DNA of 64,000 nt, taken from positions 58,853-122,852 of the forward strand of contig SVJB01000004.1 of assembly GCA_015069185.1 (NCBI GenBank), in the 5' to 3' direction. This DNA is from Oscillospiraceae bacterium. GTDB taxonomy: Bacteria > Bacillota > Clostridia > UBA1212 > UBA1255. Numbering within the stretch: the first letter of the stretch is position 1; the number at the start of each line of letters is the position of its first letter. The position numbers and the translations under genes were made by a program. Positions 57,875 to 64,000 of this stretch are shown piece by piece. The notes under the pieces are model-generated. The model worked only from the letters and a program-made list of their open reading frames with translations. It was not told where the DNA came from and did not search any database.

Positions 57875-59368
57875 ATGAATAAAAATATTATAAGATTATT
57901 CACAATGCTGTTAGTGGCTGTTATGATGTTATCGCTCATATCTTGTGCAGGATTGAATAATGACAAAGATAAGGATAAGATTGTTGGCATGTCTACTCCT
58001 GTTCCGATTCCGGAAGAATTGATTGGAACGATAGTTTTTTCGTCTTACAGAACAGAAGAGGGAGAAGTTGCTCATTTTGAATATATGCAGGCATTTGTAA
58101 TGCAGTATCCTAGTGTAGATATTGAACTTGATCTTACAAATAGCTATGACGAATATTTTGCTACTCTTGATGAGAGAATTAAGAATGGCACAATCGGAGA
58201 TGTTTTTACAATTGATGCTGCTATGATTGCAGAATATGCAGAAGCAGAATTGATTGTTGATTTAAGTGAGCATAGTGAAGGGGTTATAGATTACACAAGT
58301 AATGAATATGAGAAATTGTATCCATCTAAATTATTCTTCCCTGCTGCTTTTGAAAACTCTCTGTACGAAGGGCGATTATATATGTGCCCGGTAGAGTACA
58401 ACAATACTGTTGTTTTCCTTAATCTTGACATGCTATCTAAAACTGATATAGATCCGATTGTACCTGATGATGATTGGACATGGCAAGATATAGAAGTAAT
58501 TGCAGAAAAATTGAAAGAAGCAGGTTGTACAACTCCTATTGTAATGGATTATTTCGATTATTCTGTTTGGGGAGCTTTTGCAAGAAGCAAGGGTGCAACA
58601 TTATATAATGAGATATCATTTTCTGATAAGGAAATCGAAATGACTCTAACAAATCCTGATGTTATCTCAGGAATTGAATATCTTGCAAATAACTTTATTA
58701 GGAAGGGTTATGTTGCAGATAAGGTTCCTTCTGAATTAAGTGCTAGCGATTTAGCTCAATACGGAATTGTAATATGTAATCATTCTGATTTGGTAAGATG
58801 GGGCTCAGATCTTATTGCGAATGAAGAGGCAGACAATGGCTTTGAATGGGAGTTAGCTCATTTTCCCGGATTTTATAATGAAGAGACAGATACAGTTAAT
58901 CACGCAATCGGCGTTCAGACAATAGGACTGGCAGTATTCAATAGAGAACAATATAATATCGATAATGGTATTTATGACAGTATTAATGACGAGGAGCTTC
59001 TTGAAGAAGAAAAAAATAATGTTGAAAATTCAATAATTAATTCTATAAAATTTGCATTATATGCAATGGTTAAGGAAGCTGCTGTTGCTATTACTGGACC
59101 GGATGGATACAGAGTTCCTGCTCTTATGTCAGCAAATGCCATGAAATATTGGCGAAAATATCCTGTTGACGGAAAAAATACGTCTGTATTTTCGTTATAT
59201 AACGAGAATGATTTTGCCGGTGAGCTTTCATCATTTTTAACTCTTGCTCCGACTAACGAGATTGAAAAGGCGATGGGATCAGCTATTCAAAAATACTCAA
59301 ATGATTCTGATTCAAAGACATTTGATAAATATATGCAGGAAATTCAGGATGCAGTAAATACACATTAA
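57875..59368 (+). CDS. Extracellular solute-binding lipoprotein (family-1 carbohydrate SBP)
   Basis: A lipobox (LISCAG), a Lys/Asp-rich linker and SBP-like content, at 497 aa. Confidence 0.75.
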   Translation: MNKNIIRLFTMLLVAVMMLSLISCAGLNNDKDKDKIVGMSTPVPIPEELIGTIVFSSYRTEEGEVAHFEYMQAFVMQYPSVDIELDLTNSYDEYFATLDERIKNGTIGDVFTIDAAMIAEYAEAELIVDLSEHSEGVIDYTSNEYEKLYPSKLFFPAAFENSLYEGRLYMCPVEYNNTVVFLNLDMLSKTDIDPIVPDDDWTWQDIEVIAEKLKEAGCTTPIVMDYFDYSVWGAFARSKGATLYNEISFSDKEIEMTLTNPDVISGIEYLANNFIRKGYVADKVPSELSASDLAQYGIVICNHSDLVRWGSDLIANEEADNGFEWELAHFPGFYNEETDTVNHAIGVQTIGLAVFNREQYNIDNGIYDSINDEELLEEEKNNVENSIINSIKFALYAMVKEAAVAITGPDGYRVPALMSANAMKYWRKYPVDGKNTSVFSLYNENDFAGELSSFLTLAPTNEIEKAMGSAIQKYSNDSDSKTFDKYMQEIQDAVNTH

Positions 59369-59435
59369 AATGTAATAATTTATTCATTATCTAATGTATT
59401 TACTTTTATTAAATCTATGTTATTATTAACATAAA

Positions 59436-59443
59436 TGTATAAT
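59436..59443 (+). promoter_or_regulatory. Possible internal extended -10 promoter (TGTATAAT) ahead of the last SBP gene
   Basis: TGnTATAAT lies in the 98-nt gap before ATG 59467. No convincing -35 is present. Confidence 0.3.
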
Positions 59444-59466
59444 ACTACTTTTAGGAGGTTTATTAA

Positions 59467-60813
59467 ATGAAAAAGATTGTTAAGAGAGCAATTGTTTTAT
59501 TAATTGTAACTCTCACTCTCTTAGGTATGGTTGCTTGTGGTCAGCCCCCGATTGTTGACGTAGACCACGTCAATGCCGATTATGAGCCGGATGTATCTGG
59601 TAACATTACTTGGACATTTGACACATCTAATGCCTTTGCAAAGAGAGCAGCGACTTCTTTTATTAAAGCATTTGAGAGTGCATACCCCAATGCATCAGTA
59701 GAACTTGACTCTTCAGGTACAAGTGCTGCTCGTGTTACAGGTGGTACAATTGGTGATGTATTTTGGTTCCCTGAGACTCAGATTTATGAATATGCGATAA
59801 CAAATAATGGACTTATGCCACTTGAAGGTTACGTAGCTGCATTAGGTTTAGATTTATCTGATGTTTACATGGGTATTTATGAACTTGGTAAAGTTGACGG
59901 CCACCTTTTCTATGTGTCAAGAGACTATAACTCAATTTGTTTCTCATATAACAAGTCAAAATTAAAAGAGTTAAACCTTGATACACAGGTTTCTAATGAT
60001 TGGTCTTGGGATACATTGCGCTCAATTGCTAAAACAGTAACAGAAGCTACTGCTAACGACAGTGAAAAGTATTATGGTGCTAATATTGACCTTACATATT
60101 CACCTGTTTATGTAACATTCTTTGAATCATCAGCTGGTGGTACATGGTGTGATACAGAAGAGAAGAAGATTACTTTTAATGATGAAAATGGTTCTACTCT
60201 TAGAGCTTTACAGGAATGTATTGATGATGCTCTTGCTGGATATATTAATCCAGGTGCAGGTTCACTTACAGAAGGTACACCTGTATTCAAGTATTTGATT
60301 CATCCTAACGTTCTTACTCAAGGTAAGGATTATGATTCAGCAGGTCTTGAATGGGATATGGTTGCATTCCCTGGATTTGGTGAGAATGGACAGAATAGAG
60401 GCTTTGGTTGCGGATCTTCAGGATTTGGTGTTTATAATAGAACACAGAACCCAGACACTGCAGCAGCATTTGCACTTTACTTCTATACAGAAGAAGGACA
60501 GCTCGCATATAATGGTCAGCCTGGTGCTTCAGTACCGGTAGTAGGTGCTTTAAAGGATTCTGATTCTTGGAGATATCCTGATGAAACAGAGTGGAAGGAT
60601 AAGAACTGGGATGCATTTGTATACGAAGCACAGACAGCAAGTATTGTAGGTCAGGTAGTATGCCGTATGCCTTATGAAGTTGCTGAGGTTATCAATAATG
60701 AAATGACTCTGATTATTAACAAAGTTATGAAGGGTACTACATCAATTGATGACGCATTCAAAGCACTCGAAACAAAGTGTAATGAATTGTGGTCTACTCT
60801 CGTTGATTATTAA
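59467..60813 (+). CDS. Extracellular solute-binding lipoprotein (second carbohydrate SBP)
   Basis: A lipobox (GMVACGQ) and a family-1 SBP-like profile, at 448 aa. Confidence 0.75.
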   Translation: MKKIVKRAIVLLIVTLTLLGMVACGQPPIVDVDHVNADYEPDVSGNITWTFDTSNAFAKRAATSFIKAFESAYPNASVELDSSGTSAARVTGGTIGDVFWFPETQIYEYAITNNGLMPLEGYVAALGLDLSDVYMGIYELGKVDGHLFYVSRDYNSICFSYNKSKLKELNLDTQVSNDWSWDTLRSIAKTVTEATANDSEKYYGANIDLTYSPVYVTFFESSAGGTWCDTEEKKITFNDENGSTLRALQECIDDALAGYINPGAGSLTEGTPVFKYLIHPNVLTQGKDYDSAGLEWDMVAFPGFGENGQNRGFGCGSSGFGVYNRTQNPDTAAAFALYFYTEEGQLAYNGQPGASVPVVGALKDSDSWRYPDETEWKDKNWDAFVYEAQTASIVGQVVCRMPYEVAEVINNEMTLIINKVMKGTTSIDDAFKALETKCNELWSTLVDY

Positions 60814-60835
60814 TAATTACTAAAATAGTGAAGAT

Positions 60836-60868
60836 AACTCCGTAGATAATACGGAGTTATTTTTTTAT
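60836..60868. terminator. Bidirectional Rho-independent terminator between the convergent SBP and ylbJ-like genes
   Basis: AACTCCGTA-loop-TACGGAGTT is followed by TTTTTTT on the + strand and flanked by A-rich sequence for the minus strand. Confidence 0.75.
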
Positions 60869-61816
60869 TAACACAATTAAAGTAGATAATATAAAAGAAA
60901 ACAACGTACATATAAACTTACTTAAAAAATATTTTTTACAAGATAAGTCATTTTCAGACATTACGTTATAGATCTGCATATGAACACACAAACCAGACCA
61001 AGCACATACAGTACATATAATAATATATTTAATACTATTATTAGTACAATATTGTGAATTGATAATAGAAACACCGTTATTTAACTCTAAGAGAGAAGTA
61101 ATAACATTTTTAGAATACAATGGTAAATTTGAATTATTGATAATAGCAATTATGCAAGCAAAAAATACAATCAGAGCACAGATATTTATCATTAAAAACA
61201 TAGAATCTATTATTGATTTATTGATATGATATAAAATAGATCTCTTTTGAATATTTAGTTTTATAATATTATTATATAAATTATTTTTATTTTTTATATT
61301 TAACAAGTAACCAGAGATAATTGTCGAAAAAAATATAATAAACCAAATACTAAGTCCATACCATATAGAACCAAGTGAATATTGTCCTACTATAAACAAC
61401 ATAAAAGCAAGACTGGGCATATTTGACATTGAACACAATATTTCAGCCTGAGATTTTGATATTTCACCGGTGTTGTATAACAATGTAGTTAGTTTCGCAC
61501 CTGTTGGGAAACCCGCTAATGCGCTAATAAAAATAACGAAAACACTATGTCCCGGCATTTTTAACAAGTAGTTTGCAGGCCTATTAAATATTTTTCCTAT
61601 ATACTCTGATAAATTAGTTTTTATAAGGATGGAAGTCAAAACACTAAAAGGAAACAATGTCGGAAAAAGTGTTTGAATAAAAAAGTATAAAGCCTCAAAC
61701 GATGCGACCTTGCACAAATCTATATTTAGAATAAATAATACAAATATTATAATACAAATTATAGCTGTCATAATACCAAAAGAAATTTTTATATCAATCA
61801 AATATATGAAATCCAT
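60857..61816 (-). CDS. Nucleoside-recognition (Gate) domain integral membrane protein, YlbJ-like
   Basis: LFPTLFPFSVLTSILIKTNL...PGHSVFVIFISALAGFPTGAKL resembles the YlbJ/Gate-domain signature. The gene is very AT-rich (~25% GC). Confidence 0.5.
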   Translation of the reverse strand: MDFIYLIDIKISFGIMTAIICIIIFVLFILNIDLCKVASFEALYFFIQTLFPTLFPFSVLTSILIKTNLSEYIGKIFNRPANYLLKMPGHSVFVIFISALAGFPTGAKLTTLLYNTGEISKSQAEILCSMSNMPSLAFMLFIVGQYSLGSIWYGLSIWFIIFFSTIISGYLLNIKNKNNLYNNIIKLNIQKRSILYHINKSIIDSMFLMINICALIVFFACIIAIINNSNLPLYSKNVITSLLELNNGVSIINSQYCTNNSIKYIIICTVCAWSGLCVHMQIYNVMSENDLSCKKYFLSKFICTLFSFILSTLIVLIKK

Positions 61817-61877
61817 AGACTTTTTATGTTTTATATAGTAAAATTAAAAGATGATATTTATAAAGGAGATGAGCGCT

Positions 61878-62837
61878 ATGCCAATAAAAATTCCAAATGA
61901 TTTACCAGCAAAAGAAATATTGCAAAAAGAACATGTATTTACAATGGATGAAAATATGGCGTTTCATCAGGATATAAGACCACTTAAGATAGCTATTATG
62001 AATCTCATGCCTAAAAAAATTGAGACAGAGACACAACTAATGCGGATGCTTAGTAATTCACCACTTCAGGTGGAAATTACTCTGATCCATCCCAAAACAC
62101 ATGTATCTAAAAATACATCTGCAAGTCATTTGAATACATTTTATGTAAACTTTGATGATATTAAGAATAAAAAATACGACGGCTTGATTATAACAGGAGC
62201 CCCGGTTGAGTTATTAGAGTTTGAGAAGGTAGAGTATTGGGAAGAATTGTGTGGTGTGATGGAATGGTCAAAAACGAATGTGACGACAACACTGCATTTA
62301 TGCTGGGGTGCACAAGCAGGCATGTATTATCATTATGGAGTTAAAAAACAACTATTACCTAAAAAGCTTTTTGGTATATATGAACATATTTCACGAAACA
62401 AGTTTGTTCGATTGTTGAGAGGCTTTGATGATAGCTTTTATGTACCACACTCAAGATACACTACTACATCAATCAAAGATGTTGAGAGCATTCCTCAACT
62501 TGATATTCTTGTCGTATCAGAAAAGGCTGGTTTATGTATGTGTGCATCACATGATAGAAGGCAAATATTTATGACAGGGCACTTGGAATATGATAGGGAT
62601 ACATTGAAGAATGAATACTTTAGAGATGTGGAAAAGGGCATTGATATAGATATACCTGAGAACTATTTTCCTGAGAATGATGTTACAAAGAAACCAAGAT
62701 TTCAGTGGAAAAGTCACGCATATCTATTATATGCAAATTGGCTTAATTATTACGTTTATCAGGCAACTCCATTTGATTTGTCTGTTATTGATGATAAGTT
62801 TTCACCGGATCAGAAGGGTATGATAAAGAATGACTAA
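61878..62837 (+). CDS. metA: Homoserine O-acyltransferase (MetA family)
   Basis: [15 protein letters not shown]...[13 protein letters not shown] and the catalytic-Cys region [18 protein letters not shown] precedes ATG 61878; the ORF track starts 27 nt earlier. Confidence 0.9.
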   Translation: MPIKIPNDLPAKEILQKEHVFTMDENMAFHQDIRPLKIAIMNLMPKKIETETQLMRMLSNSPLQVEITLIHPKTHVSKNTSASHLNTFYVNFDDIKNKKYDGLIITGAPVELLEFEKVEYWEELCGVMEWSKTNVTTTLHLCWGAQAGMYYHYGVKKQLLPKKLFGIYEHISRNKFVRLLRGFDDSFYVPHSRYTTTSIKDVESIPQLDILVVSEKAGLCMCASHDRRQIFMTGHLEYDRDTLKNEYFRDVEKGIDIDIPENYFPENDVTKKPRFQWKSHAYLLYANWLNYYVYQATPFDLSVIDDKFSPDQKGMIKND

Positions 62838-64000
62838 ACAAAAAATAGAGACATATATAACACGAGATAAAAAAAGAAACGCAATTATTGCGTTTTGTAT
62901 TGTGTTGTCTGTTTTTATTATTATTGCAATATTAGAATTATTGCCGGGAAACGCTCCTGATCTATCACAAGAAGATGAAATCGGTGTGAGTAGAAGAATA
63001 TTATTTCCATTTGTTTTTACTGATGAGAGTAAGAATTTGTTTTTAATTAATGATAAATATGAAATACTGCCTATAGATGATACAGTTTCACAAAATGTAC
63101 ATGATATAAGTGCCGGAAAGGTATATTATTTACGTTCAAATGCTTTGTATGAATATAATATTAAGAAAAATACAAGAAAAGTTCTGGTGAATAATTGTAT
63201 TTATTTCCGACTAATGGAAGAGAGATCTGTTCTTTTAGTGGTAGATGCTCAAAATATGGTTAAGCTATATCAATTTAAAGGCAATAAAATAATCACTTTG
63301 AGTAATAAGAGTGTACCGAATCTGTTAAGTGATGAGCTATATTGCGTTGGTGAAAATGGTGTAGTCTTTGCTGATAATGCAGATCCTGAAACAGGTAAAA
63401 TAGATTTATTATTTAGTAATAACGATGGAAAAGTTAAAAAAATTGCAACTGCAGTTGACCCGGGAAAGAATTTCTATCTTAGTAATAACGATAAATTTAT
63501 TTGTTTTAAGAAAGATGGCGCTTTGAAAATTGTAGATACGAAAGGCAAACAAGTAGTATCTGTTGAAGGTGCCCAGATAGTAAAACCATCTATAAATCCA
63601 GTATTAACTGAACCAAGTACAGAAACTTTTATTTTAAATCAAACAATACCGATTACGTATTTGCTGTCTGATGTGACTACAAGTGATAATACTACTACGG
63701 CTAAATTGTTATATTTCAATGGAGAAAAGTTGAAAAATGTAGCTGAAAAGGTGTCTAATATTATTTATTATAGTGCTGAAGATGACATGATTTTATATAC
63801 TGTACAGAATGAAGAATCATCCGTAATATACATGTCAACGAATGGATCTAAGCCACAAAAGCAGATAACATGTGACAAAAACGCTACTTTTATGTACCAG
63901 GAAACTTTAGGCTTGCTTTATTTTAAAAACGAAGATGACACATTAAATAGATACAAGGTTCTTGATATATCGTTGAAGGTATCTAAAATTTCAGACAATA
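62834..64000 (+). CDS. Hypothetical N-terminally membrane-anchored protein; the 3' end lies outside the window
   Basis: The frame is open from ATG 62834 (overlapping the metA stop as ATGA) to the window end. The translation is [38 protein letters not shown]..., with one TM helix and then a soluble domain. It is not in the ORF track because it has no stop codon. Confidence 0.5.

Noticed and set aside
1-64000. A CRISPR array, tRNA/rRNA genes, or an integrase/transposase marking a mobile element or prophage
   Set aside because: No regularly spaced direct repeats occur anywhere. Intergenic gaps are mostly under 170 nt and none shows a tRNA cloverleaf or TpsiC-loop signature. No ORF has DDE, tyrosine- or serine-recombinase motifs.

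Overview
This window looks like a chromosomal segment of a low-GC Firmicute, probably a Clostridia (Lachnospiraceae- or Ruminococcaceae-like) genome. Window GC is about 40% by eye. The segment is almost entirely coding and overwhelmingly on the + strand. Most genes are recognisable housekeeping loci. From 5' to 3': the end of glgP plus a GH13 neopullulanase-type enzyme; nrdR; a conserved comM(yifB)-dprA-topA-trmFO block; a GH78 alpha-L-rhamnosidase; mgtE; a small secreted protein with a sortase-like C-terminal signal; a RhaEW-like fused aldolase/short-chain dehydrogenase; a divergent type IIA topoisomerase B/A pair followed by a PHP-domain gene and a COG2509 FAD-protein gene; xpt plus a BMP-family nucleoside ABC importer running directly into trpS; a short low-density island with an orphan minus-strand gene (PD-(D/E)xK-like motifs) and a DUF1846/UPF0371 gene; a minus-strand hisF-metK-(luxS::pfs fusion) operon; Lrp plus an aminotransferase plus a second GH78-like protein; a thrC-hom-lysC threonine operon; murD; a 14.6-kb nine-gene carbohydrate-uptake locus; then an AT-rich tail with a YlbJ-like membrane protein, metA and a partial membrane-anchored ORF. 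I found no CRISPR array, tRNA, rRNA or obvious IS element or prophage. Candidates for something undescribed: (i) the nine-gene ABC locus, which pairs two permease pairs and three binding proteins with three large membrane-anchored accessory proteins (an SBP fused to two CBM-like domains, an NHL-repeat::Yip1 protein, and an 850-aa protein that may be a cryptic TIM-barrel glycosidase), with no ATPase, hydrolase or regulator; (ii) the LuxS::Pfs fusion downstream of a lone hisF and metK; (iii) the orphan nuclease-like gene island. All calls come from reading the translations and motifs by eye; no database search was run.
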